DNA of 64,000 nt from Glaucostegus cemiculus. Lineage: Eukaryota. The stretch is from positions 17,546,001 to 17,610,000 of the forward strand of contig CDPCPM010000056.1 of assembly GCA_976551045.1 (NCBI GenBank). The letters are read 5' to 3'. The first letter of the stretch is position 1; each line of letters starts with the position of its first letter. Positions 14,127-25,239 of the stretch are shown piece by piece. The notes under the pieces were generated by a model. The model ran no database searches and was not told the origin of the DNA. It was given only the letters and a program-made list of their open reading frames with translations. The translations under genes were made by a program, and so were the position numbers.

Positions 14127-14267
14127 AATATTTGGCTAAATACTCGGACACAAAAAAAAAGCCACGTAATACCCAGAAGAGAAGCGTCTCTCCAAGCAGT
14201 GACTCCACGGCGGGTTTTGGTTTGAGACCCCCTGACGGTATTTATCCGGCAGTTTAGTTTACCTCGA

Positions 14268-15338
14268 ATGTGCAATACCAATTATGACAAACAGAATTTC
14301 AAAAATCAATATCAGTCTTTTATGTCATTAAATAACAATGTGTGGTGCTCGAGTCATGCAATTTCAGTTCGGAACAACGATTTAACAAGATGTTGGGCAT
14401 TTTACTTTATAGGCTGTAATCATATTTCGCCATGTATGCGAATAAAGAGAATGTTTTCAAAACCAGTTAATAACATTGAACTGCGTTATAAAGCTGTGTT
14501 AAGAAGTGACTCTGTGCACGTTCTAGGGGGGGGGGGGGGTGCACAACGCCTGCGATGTTTACGGGCATCTCAAAGAGAACAAAATTACAAGGGTACACAT
14601 CAGGTACTGGAAAAGAGGGGAATTGGCGTTGCGCCTGAATCGGCAATGTGCTGCTCTTCGCGGCTTATCTTGCGGCCGTTCTGTTCCCAAACTTCAACTT
14701 TATATTTAGTGCCTTTAGGGCCCTGTGTCTGCGCACCAGGGGCGGAGATTGTGCCCGCGGCGCCTTCTCCCCGTCTCCCCGGGGTTGAGATAGCTCCTTC
14801 GATTAATAGATTTCCCTGCACTCATTTAATAAGGCATCGTCACCAATCGGTTGAGAGTTCACTGCCATTTGGTACCAGTGTGGTGAGCCAGGTGGTCGCA
14901 CCAGCGAGACAGATGCTGCTCTGGGACCATTTACCTCCCTGCAGAACCCTTCCTTTCCCGCTTTCCACCATCCCTTCTTCGAGCGGCCAGCGAAAAAGAA
15001 GCACTAGGGGAGTTGATGAGAGCCTCTGGGAGAGAGACAGGCAAGCCCTGGGCTATCGAACGACTGCTGAGAGTTCAGCCCAGCTATTTACATGGCTACT
15101 TGGGCCCAGCAAGAAACTCTTTATCGCAGACAGGGAAGCTTACAGCTGCGGCTTAAAATCTGCCCGCTCCAGAATGATCATGCTCTCTCCTGGGTTCTTT
15201 TTTGGACTGGGTGGGGGGAGGGGAGAGGAAGAAGAAAGACCCGCATTTGGGATGAGTTTAAATGACTCCCAGACTGTTCCGATCAGGAGTGACACCATTC
15301 TCGCTGGGATCAGACGAGTCCCCCAGGGCAGAATGTGA
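14268..15338 (+). CDS. Orphan 356-aa ORF, coding status unproven
   Basis: By far the longest ORF in the window. No recognisable domain, weak Kozak context, AATAAA at 15445-15450. Confidence 0.2.
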   Translation: MCNTNYDKQNFKNQYQSFMSLNNNVWCSSHAISVRNNDLTRCWAFYFIGCNHISPCMRIKRMFSKPVNNIELRYKAVLRSDSVHVLGGGGGAQRLRCLRASQREQNYKGTHQVLEKRGIGVAPESAMCCSSRLILRPFCSQTSTLYLVPLGPCVCAPGAEIVPAAPSPRLPGVEIAPSINRFPCTHLIRHRHQSVESSLPFGTSVVSQVVAPARQMLLWDHLPPCRTLPFPLSTIPSSSGQRKRSTRGVDESLWERDRQALGYRTTAESSAQLFTWLLGPSKKLFIADREAYSCGLKSARSRMIMLSPGFFFGLGGGRGEEEERPAFGMSLNDSQTVPIRSDTILAGIRRVPQGRM

Positions 15339-15700
15339 TAAACGGTCAGGGCAGCGGGTTAATAGGGGATGGTATTTAACTGAGAACACGTCTTTTTTTA
15401 AAAGTGCAATTTGTAAAGCAGGGGTTAACGCCGGATTAAAGCAAAATAAAACAATCTGCCTTGGCCAGTCGATAATTCTATAAACTGTAAGATTTATAGT
15501 TTCATAAGCGGAAAAGCTGACAGAGCGGAGAGTATCCAGGTCTAGTCTTTGCGAGGGGCCATACTTTATCTTCCCAGCTTGTGTCGGTGCTGTTATTTGC
15601 CGGGATGCCTTCTGCACACACCTGCTCTGTAAGCTTTCTTTAAGGTCGGCTTTCCAAAGGAAGCTCGCCCCCATTTGGCTATTGTTTATTTAGTTATTAA
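14600..15700. promoter_or_regulatory. GC/CpG-rich promoter-like segment
   Basis: Locally highest GC and CpG content, GC box GGGGCGGAG at ~14738, G-rich tract at 15209-15223, and candidate donors on both strands (14934 minus, ~15787 plus). Confidence 0.5.
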
Positions 15701-16130
15701 GCTGAGTTTCTTATGATTAACGTGTATTTCAACAGCGAAATTGGATTGACACATTATTAATAATTAATAATCAGTTTGCAGATCAGGTAACTTTTTTTTC
15801 CTCCCTTTCTATTGTCCATTAATAAGGAGGATAAATAACGATCAAACAGAACCACATAATAATTAACATTACAATAATATTCCAACTCTATTTCCTATAT
15901 TATTAACGAGGTCGCCCCATTCATAAATTTCCGCAGTAAAGTATTTTACACAATACTATAATAATTATTTTTGACTGGGATGCGATTTTAAAACAATGAG
16001 GAGGTCTCACTGAACCCCCAGAAGTCGGATAAATTTTACATATACAATAGCACCTTGATGTTGCCAGGCTAGAATAGGAGTCGGTTATCACAAGAGTTAA
16101 AAAAAGAATTTGAATCGGGTAGGCAAAGCA

Positions 16131-16194
16131 TGAGATTTTAACCCAACACACGTAAATTGCAATACTTTGAACTAGTGCTCACAATTTGTATACA
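16131..16194 (+). repeat. 64-bp direct repeat, copy 2
   Basis: 60/64 identical to 14063-14126. Confidence 0.95.
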
Positions 16195-16611
16195 TTACTT
16201 CCTGTAACCTTTGAGAAAATCAGCATCTTTTTTTAAAAAAAGAACATCTAATTATTATTGACCTTCCCTTGATGAAAAGGAAGCGTGTTTTTGTTTGCGT
16301 TATTTTCTATTGCACAATTTTATAACCGTAACCCTCCTCTGAGCCTCCAGTTGAAATAGACACGTCTCTGGGTAAATGTTAACTCTGCTGGCGATCAATT
16401 CACATTCTGTATGCTTGGAATTGTAAAGTTGCATTAAGCTTCGTAATGAGATCCTCATTGAAACATTGAAAAGAAATTAAGCCGTGTTGGGTGATTATCC
16501 TGTTAATTAACCCATTTCAACCTGTTCCCTTTCGATTAGGGCCCACCAAGATGGCTCTTTCCTGCTGTAATTTCACGTCCAGTTTTTTTTTCTCTTGCTC
16601 TTTTCTGGCAG

Positions 16612-16852
16612 TTGTATTTTGGTATATCGAGGGAGCAAAAGAAAAAGAGTGAGTGTAGACAGGATCTCTACCACCCTGCTAAATGAAGATTTGTCCAGCA
16701 TTTCTCCCCCTCAGGCCAAGAACTCCTGTATAAGGACAGGCCATTTGTAACCAGCATCCCAAGCCTCTTCCGACAATTAATATTCAACAACAGCGAGCTT
16801 ATTCAGATTCACACAACAGTGAGCTCATTAGGATGATGAAGTGCTTTTGCTG
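16612..16852 (+). other. Candidate exon (5'UTR or lncRNA)
   Basis: Strong polypyrimidine acceptor TTTTTTTTTCTCTTGCTCTTTTCTGGCAG and donor TG|GTGAGT. Ends with ATGATGAAGTGCTTTTGCTG. Confidence 0.45.
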
Positions 16853-19734
16853 GTGAGTGAATTTTTTTTGTTATATACGTAGATCTTCGGAACGAGCTAT
16901 TAAAATATAATAATTAAAAGTACACAAACCGGCTTGCCGTCGGCCCATTTTAAAGAAAAGTTTACTTTGGAACAATTCAACAATCATATTGTTACACTAT
17001 AATGTTAATGATTAAAAGTAAAGAATTCTTGGCGTTGAGGCTATATGAGGCCACGCCTAGAAGAAAAACTAGGACCATATTTTCAAATTGCAAGCAGAAA
17101 AACAAGTTAAATTATATTTACGAATTGTATAATTGATTAACATTTATACCAAGAACTACTATAATATGTATGCCAAAGTCTGTTAAAAGCCATGAGGCTG
17201 CTACCAAGTCTAATGAGGTGTTAAATACTGCAATCCAACACTACAAAAGTAACTTCGAACTTTTTATGATGATACCTTAAATTCGAAATGGCTTTTGGAG
17301 CAAATCTATCTCACTATTCACGTCAGCATTTAAAAGGTTAACGTGAAAACCGTACCAATGTAGATAGGCCGTTTTTCTCTGAAATAAAACCGAAAATATG
17401 AAATTAGACTCCATAATATATAAACAGTACGACAGATATTTGTGATTTCCTGTCTCATGACGAAAATACATATTAAATCTATATTTAACATGTTCATTAA
17501 AACCCCAATAAAATGTTCTATAACTTAAAGCAACAGATCTAAATAACTGTTTAGGTAGTCTATTCCTTGAAAAATTCTAAGTACGAGTGGGACTGATTTT
17601 TTTTAAAGTGGGTAGTGTCGCAATTAGATAGGGGTCTGAGGGCTGGTAACGATGATCTAAGAAGAAAGAGCGATCCCATAATAGAGCAACGCAATGATTA
17701 ATTCGACTCTGGTTGAAGGCGGTGTAGCACATTGATGTCTGCCAGCAGAATATTATTGATTAAACACCTCTATTTCTATTTTCGTGCAAATGAACTTGTA
17801 AGCATAGAAATCTGCAAGATTTTACATCGTCACTCTTCTAATAATTGATTCCCATCTGTTTTACTGTCCCATTTCACTAACTGCTTATCCCAAACGAAAG
17901 AATAAGGAAGAAATGGCGTTAAAGTGCTTTGACACCAGGCGAAGCCACCAGTTAGCATCAAACAAGCGCATGAAATATTTAATACAATGTTGAAATTCGA
18001 AGCAAGTGAAAAGAGTTGATAGCAGTTTCAGTGCTGGCTAGCTTACGAAAGGCTGGATGAATAAATGTGCTGCAGGGAGCCAGCACTTAGAAAGGCACAG
18101 CCTGAAGGCACCTGCACACCTTCTGATGCGATTTTCCGTCCTAATACTCGGCAGTCTACGAGGTTCAAGAGAGCATCCTGTCACAAATGATACTGTTTAA
18201 AATGAGGTCTTATTCTAGCTTGATGGTCATACATTAAGGAGCCGAAATTGCAACAAATGCCACTGCCTTTTGATCGATACCTTATCACGCCTCTTGACTT
18301 TCAGCTATTGATGGGCCAGAGGCATTGTTCATTTTTTTTTTCTCTTTTCACAAAGCTATTTGACTTGACTTGGGGGCTAGATTATTGACACGTACATGTG
18401 CATTTGGTGCTCCTTAGCGACACTTGGAGCTAGTAAAAAAGACCTTCGGGAGGCCGCCCTGACAAAAAAGGAAAGTGATGTATGGTCACTGGTGACCGTT
18501 GGTTGCAATGGCCGGAGAAAGAACATGGCCTCAGCAATCCGCAGGCTGCACTGGCAGATTACTTGTGGAAAATAAGAGCTGGAAGGCGCTTGTTATCAAC
18601 TGCGAATGAAATGTCCTCGTCCCTAGCCACCAGATTTAAGGGACTCTGGTTAGAAGAGTTCCACCCTGGTGGCTCGTTTGGGTCTGAGCCGAGGCAGGAG
18701 CAGTAATCCATGACATATCAATTATTTGACTTCTAGTCGAAAACTGCGCTGGGTTGTCAAACAATAGAATGATTTTCTTTTCCAGCGGTTTGCAAGTATC
18801 AAGATTCTAATATAGCATTTATATAAAACGGAGTAGCAAATAGAAACAGATTTTTAAATAGTCAATAAAAATGCACCAACCTCTATTATTGTATTCTCCA
18901 ACTTGACAATAAATCATAGGCACGAACCATTATATTTGGTAATGCTAACACAATTCAAGTTTCGTGGGAATTGCTAACAGCATAATTATTTTTGTATCTA
19001 TATTTTTAGACAGAATCTGTTCGTCCGCTCATGAGGATCTGTTCTTCAGCACCAGTGAAACCCCTTACAATCCTTTGCGTACGGATGGACAATGCACATG
19101 TGAGGGAAGCAAGAGGCACATAAGTAACTGTCCTCCTGTGTGTACGTAATGTAAATACAATTATGATATTTTAGAGTGATAAGGATAAAATGCTATTTTC
19201 AATAAAATGTGAAAAGTTGCGAAGTGTCTATGATCTTATAGGTTGCAAGATGATATTATCAAGATGCCCTTTCAACTTCTCTTGGTATGGTATAACCTAA
19301 TTAAGTTACTTCTGACATTTTCATCATTAGGTTAAATATGAGGAGCTTCCTATTTCATGTAACTTCCTACAGTTATAGTCTTGGAAGGCCAAGTCTTCTA
19401 TGCATTTTTTTCAAATTCTCGGATCATGCGATATGATTACGTTCTTCAAACAACCTGTAACTGCCAAGGGGCGATGAAATCCGGCATATGGCACAACTCA
19501 CTGAACTGTAAAGGCCAGGGTGTGGTTTCAACCCAGGTCGTGAGGTGTATGCGCCAACACACGACGCTTCCCCAGAGTGGAACACTAATTGGTTCAATGG
19601 CCGTGCTGACTCTGGAAACCTTGCACTGGACCAATGTAGCAAATAGAAATGTCATAGAGTTCTGTATGGGACGATTCAAACTTTAAAGAAATCCCATCAG
19701 CAGAGATCCGACTAAAAAGTGCCTACTTATCCCC

Positions 19735-20020
19735 TAAGAGAGGGGAGTCTACTACTGGAGGGTTTAAGGTGAGGCGAAAAGATTTAAAGGGGAACTGACG
19801 GGCAAGTTTTTCACACAGAGGGCGGTGGGTACGTAGAACGACCTGCCAGAGGAGGTGGTAGAGGAGAGTACGATTAAAATGTTTAAAAATATTTGTGCAA
19901 ATACATGGATAGGAAAGTTTTAGCGGGATAAGGGTCACATGCATGCAAATGAGATTAGTTTAGATCGGTTCTACTTGTTTGGTGAGTAGAGCCGAAGGGC
20001 ATGTTTCCATACTACATTAC
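19735..20020 (+). mobile_element. CR1-type LINE 3' fragment with CpGs retained
   Basis: Colinear with 47200-47490 (TTTAAGGTGAG...AGATTTAA...AAGTTTTTCACACAGAGGG). Confidence 0.8.
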
Positions 20021-21029
20021 TCAATTAATATTTGAATGCGCGGTGAATAAGGTGTTACGCGGAAATCTAAACCTGAAAATGTAATTTGAAAAATACTTTT
20101 TTTATTTAAAACTCCACGATAATTTTTAAAAACGCGCATCGTATCAAATGCCAACTCATGCTAAGGTACAGAGGATAATGGCCTGCTGATGATATTCCAC
20201 GATTCTGTATCATTCTAGTGTCCCATTGGTATTGCGGGTATTAATTGTTGCCTTTAGTTTAATTCTTTACCTCATAGACCTTTAACATTTGTTCCTTTTT
20301 AGCCACCAAATCTCCATTCTTCCTGGCCAGACCACGGTTTCCCGGCATCGTCCGATTCATCAAGTACAATATGAGCTTAGACAGTGTATGTCAGTGAACT
20401 GTCGGAGGTACGTTACTGCTAAGGCCTAGCTCCAGCGAGTAGCCACACGCCCTTAAACATCTTGAGGCAAATGTCAAATGCGCCTATCCTCAGCAATGTC
20501 ACCTACATACTTACAGGGTTAGGTGACAGATTGCTTCCCTGCAGGATATTAGTGAAGTACTTAAGTTATTTTCTGGTTTTGCTTATGTCAGTCCACAAAT
20601 TACTCGATTTATTGAATTTATTTTAACCAATTGAGTTTTAAACCCACAGTCTCTGGGTTACTGGTTCTGTGCCATAACGGTTGCATTACATCATTCCTGG
20701 AAACTTCATGCCGGGATTTCCTACGGCAAGCACGAAAAATATCTTCGATGTTCTTTGCTCTAGTGTTTATATATGTGATATGGATGTTGTTAGCAAGACT
20801 GCCATTTGTTTTCCCTCGTTAAATGCCCTGAAATCTGATGGACCTTCCTCTCAAATGGTTGATTCGGTTGAGGGATTTACTAGGCCATTTCAGGGGGCCA
20901 TTGAGTTATCCGCGTTGGTCGCCGACCGGAGTTGCATTTGAACGAGACTGACTAACCACGGCGCTTTATCTTTCCTATGGCTATTTTTACTTTGCAAGAA
21001 GCAAACAGCTTCATGCCTACTTATTATCA

Positions 21030-21560
21030 TACTGCACAGAAACAGGCCCGTCAGCCCATCATATCCATGCAGACCATCAACAACTTATCTGTACTAATTT
21101 CCTTTCCTAGCTCTTGGTCAGGAGTCTTCTATTCCTTGGGGGTTGAAGTGTTCATCTAAATATTTGTTAAACGTCTGGAGGGTACCTGCCTCCAGCCTTC
21201 CAGAATCTTTACCACCTTTTGGGTGAAATAAATTTTCCTCAGATCCCCACTAAACCTCTTCCACTTTACCCTCTGTCTATTGCCCCTTGGTTTAGACACT
21301 TCTACAATGGGGGAACGTTTCCTATTATCTAGCCTGCCTAATTCTCATAAATTGTCAGGACCACTTCAGCCGCCTCCGCTCCAAGAAAACTAAACACTAA
21401 ACACAGCCTATTCAGTCCATTTTCATAACTGCAAGTCTCCATCCCGGGCAACATCCTGGTAATTTTCTTCTGCACCTTCTTCAAAGCAATCACGTCCTCC
21501 TCACAGTGTGGCGAGCAGAACTGTACACAGTACTCCAGCGGTAACCTAACCAATGTTTAA
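21030..21560 (-). mobile_element. CR1-type LINE fragment
   Basis: ORF 21338-21553 encodes VRLPLEYCVQFCSPHCEEDVIALKKVQKKITRMLPGM. Confidence 0.85.
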
Positions 21561-22834
21561 TGAAGTTTAGAGATAGATAGGGCTCAACTCTTACTGGAGC
21601 TCACATTTCAAAGCTAAATTGAAAATTTCAAATTTGAACTCGTTCAGCAATATACCCACTATATCAAATGCATACGAAAGGGGAGCTAATTGAGTCGGAC
21701 TGGGTTACTGAAGTCAAATTACAGAGCAATTTCATAGTCGCTTACAATTAAACAGAAAGTTGGAGGACTGGAGGCACCAAAACTTGTTGAAGATTTTTTA
21801 CACCCCCCTCCCCCGCATAAAGGCAGCAGGTACACTTAACTTCCTCGTCCAATTCACTCCGTATCTCCGCATATGTTATGGTAAACCCGAAATCCATACT
21901 CCGCACGCCCTTTCATTGTTCCATCTGATGCGAATGAGGAAATGGGAATAACATTTTCCCCTTAATAGGCTTCAGACTTAAGTGGAAAACCCAGAAATGC
22001 TCAAGTCTGAATTGTGGCTGCTTGGGTCCAAGGTTAATCTCTGTGTTTAGGGAATATTTTCTGTCAAATTGATATTAAATTTAACATCTGTTAAGGGGAT
22101 GCAACAGACTTTATACTGGACCGAAGGTACATAGCATCCTGTGTGGGACTCAACCTGTGTCTCGCCGCTAAGTTTCACGATGGACGGAAGTCTGATAGAC
22201 TGGCTCTCTTATGTCACATTGCATCTCTTTCCACTTCCAAAGCATCACAATGAGTGAACGTTGAGTTATATTTGTAACTTTGGGTGGAAAACTAAATGCG
22301 GTACGGTGTCGAAAATGAATATGAGAACTCCAGACCAGAAGATTTGTTCATCGATTAGCATGGCTGATGAAAATCTAAAACATTAAGGATTTAAAATTAT
22401 AAATAAGGCCTTTGGTAAAATAAGATTGACCAATTATTAAAGCCAGTTATTACTTATACTTCAACATCATCCCTAAATAAGATTAACATGTTTGATATAT
22501 TTTCTTACCTCTCCCCTACTGAGGTCGTGCAGATGAGTCAGAAGCAATCTCTCTGAACCAAAAGTGCATGGCCCGGGGCTATTCAATTTACTATATTTGG
22601 AACACAGGCGAAGGCCAAATCTAAAGGTTAGGTCAGAAACAGAGGGAACCCTTCAATTGTTAGTTTAATGCCCTGCTTTGTGTGATTAACAATGCCAAGG
22701 TTTATATTTATCGGGCAACAGCTAAGTCATTAACAGTGTCGCGCCATGAAATATCTGAAGCAAGAAACCTTTGAGGTTTGGAACGTACATGTCCCGTTTA
22801 TTTTCAGCTGTGTTCATCCATCCTTCCCTCCATT

Positions 22835-23075
22835 NNNNNNNNNNNNNNNNNNNNNNNNNNNNNNNNNNNNNNNNNNNNNNNNNNNNNNNNNNNNNNNNNN
22901 NNNNNNNNNNNNNNNNNNNNNNNNNNNNNNNNNNNNNNNNNNNNNNNNNNNNNNNNNNNNNNNNNNNNNNNNNNNNNNNNNNNNNNNNNNNNNNNNNNNN
23001 NNNNNNNNNNNNNNNNNNNNNNNNNNNNNNNNNNNNNNNNNNNNNNNNNNNNNNNNNNNNNNNNNNNNNNNNNNN
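22835..23075. other. Assembly gap (N run)
   Basis: 241 N. Confidence 1.
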
Positions 23076-23480
23076 CACCCCAGCGGCGTACCCCGAACAT
23101 CGCCACTGTTTTTTTTTTACTTTTATTTCAATTGAACTATTAAATGTTTCGCTTGGAGTTAAAGTCCTAATATCTTTGATGCCACTACGCTTTATCCAGG
23201 GCCACGGCCAGAATGCCTGCATTCACACGCTGCTAAACTGAGACACTGGAAGTATTTCCCGGTATGCTGAACTTGTGGGGATTTGACTTTGTCTGGTGCG
23301 CCAGGCTTGTCTTTCCTCAGGAGCACTACACTGAAAATCGGTGTCCTAGGACCGCAAAAGTGGGTTGCTCACAACAGAAATCGGCATCCTTTACTTGTTA
23401 TAACAGGCAGGGGCTTTCCAAATGCTGTACAAAGGTCTCAGTAGAATAGGATAGGACTAGAGTTCTTCAATAAAATCGGT

Positions 23481-23670
23481 AAATGCTGAAAATCACTCAC
23501 TAGGCAAGGTAGCATCTGTGGAAAGAACAACCATTAACGTTTCAGGTCTGATCAAGAGCCTCGTATCTGAAATGTTCACGTTTTCTCGTCCCACAGAAGC
23601 TGCCTGGCCTGCTGAGTGTTTTCACCGTTTTGCTTTAATGTCCAGTATTTGCAGTTGGATTTTGCTATTT
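23481..23670. mobile_element. Penelope-derived fold-back element with a degenerate hammerhead-like core
   Basis: Inverted arms (GGCAAGGTAGCATCTGTGG / CCACAGAAGCTGCCTGGCC) enclose CTGATCA...GAAATGTT at 23548-23576. Confidence 0.6.
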
Positions 23671-24248
23671 TCATTTAGAGAGCTTAAGTGTTCACCCACT
23701 TTACTTCCTTGTCTCCCAACGTTGTTGGTATCACTCGTTGCAATGGTTTATGTTGTAACTTGCAAACAAATAACTTGAGTGAACAAACTTAAAATTCTCA
23801 CTTTCCACTGTTAACCCTTGGCCAGTTTCCAAGGGAAGGGATTCGCTAAAGACGGGTGATAAAACAGAACCGATGCAAGACGCTTCTCTGTAAATACATG
23901 CCCAGACAAAGTGCACATAAATAACTAAATATAGAAAGGGAACCTGAGTCACAAACCTTTATGTTACCACTGTGGATTCTCCCTGTGTTACCTTCCAACG
24001 TCTCATCCACCCCGTCTTTCTCTCCCACGTTGAAAAAGTAACGAGAATTGATTTAATCTGAGTTGCTGAGGGAAAAACTGACAACAACTATTTGAGTATA
24101 TCAGCCATAGGTTCTCCTCCTAATCTGGATTACAACATTCCGAATTAAAGATGAAGGTGCTAAAACATAATGTCGACCTATTCATGATATAAACAGGGTT
24201 CTTGTGAGGTACGTAGTCCAGCTCTAAGTTCTCCCTCATGATACCAAC

Positions 24249-24390
24249 NNNNNNNNNNNNNNNNNNNNNNNNNNNNNNNNNNNNNNNNNNNNNNNNNNNN
24301 NNNNNNNNNNNNNNNNNNNNNNNNNNNNNNNNNNNNNNNNNNNNNNNNNNNNNNNNNNNNNNNNNNNNNNNNNNNNNNNNNNNNNNNNNN
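24249..24390. other. Assembly gap (N run)
   Basis: 142 N. Confidence 1.
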
Positions 24391-24604
24391 TCTCATCGGG
24401 ACGCATGATTTCTACTGGCATTTACAACAGCTCTGAAGGGTATTTGTATATCAGTGAACAAATTGGGTGGACTATATAACTGATTAGACATGACGTCCGT
24501 TGTTTTGTCTGACATTAGCTACATCTGAGCTGTAATGGAAACGATGCTGATGAACAACGTTACTCTGTGTAAGATGAAGACGCTGAAGGTGACATTTCTT
24601 CACC

Positions 24605-24825
24605 CAGAGAATAGAGAATTGTGAATCTTTGGAATTTTCCACCCAAGAGGGATGTAAGGGCTCAGACGCTGAATATGTTCAAGACAGTGATCGATTGATT
24701 CTTGTACACCAAGGGAATCAGGGGGTTTAGGGTTGGTGCAGGAAAATGGCATTGAGGCAAAATATCACGATGATTGCATTGAAAGACGGAGCAGCCGCGA
24801 GAGGCCGAGTGGCCTGCTCCTGTTT
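24605..24825 (+). mobile_element. CR1 3' fragment
   Basis: GTGAATCTTTGGAATT...GAATATGTTCAAGACAGTGATCGAT...GAGGCCGAGTGGCCTGCTCCTG. Confidence 0.7.
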
Positions 24826-25239
24826 CAAATAAAGTGCAAGAGATTAGTGGGCCCAGTAACCATATAGAGGGGGGAATTGGTGCCTATTAACAGTCATCCT
24901 TTAAAATGGTATCTACCTTATTCGTGGAATCCAACGGTTTGGAAGAAGGCCATTCAACCCATCGCGTTAGTCTTGGTTCTTTGAAACAATGGTTCTCTTT
25001 AATCTCAACCTCAGTTCTCCATCCAACACCCACCAACAATAAAGTTATAATTGCTGCCCTCCGATTACACGCCCAGTTGCCCCGGAGATAGCATTCGATC
25101 TGATCTTACCACTTTATCATGCATTAAGTTCCAAGCTTGTCAAGGCTTGGTGCGGAAAATTGCCCTCCATTCCCCTATAGTTTTTTTTTCCTGTCAGCTA
25201 TTTTAAATCTATGACTTCTAGTTCGCGACCCGTTTCCCA

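Noticed and set aside
19045-19065. RE1/NRSE-like TTCAGCACC
   Set aside because: Only the left half-site is present. The GGACAG right half is missing.
20039-20048. CGCGGTGAAT, part of miR-124
   Set aside because: The seed TAAGGCA and the hairpin are absent.
22181-22200. miR-184-like sequence TGGACGGAAGTCTGATAGAC
   Set aside because: It shares the first 8 nt and CTGATA only, and there is no complementary arm nearby to form a precursor hairpin.
22722-23241. ORFs of 100-166 aa across the first gap, and similar ORFs at 24.2-24.4 and 29.5-29.9 kb
   Set aside because: They are artefacts of N runs translated as X.
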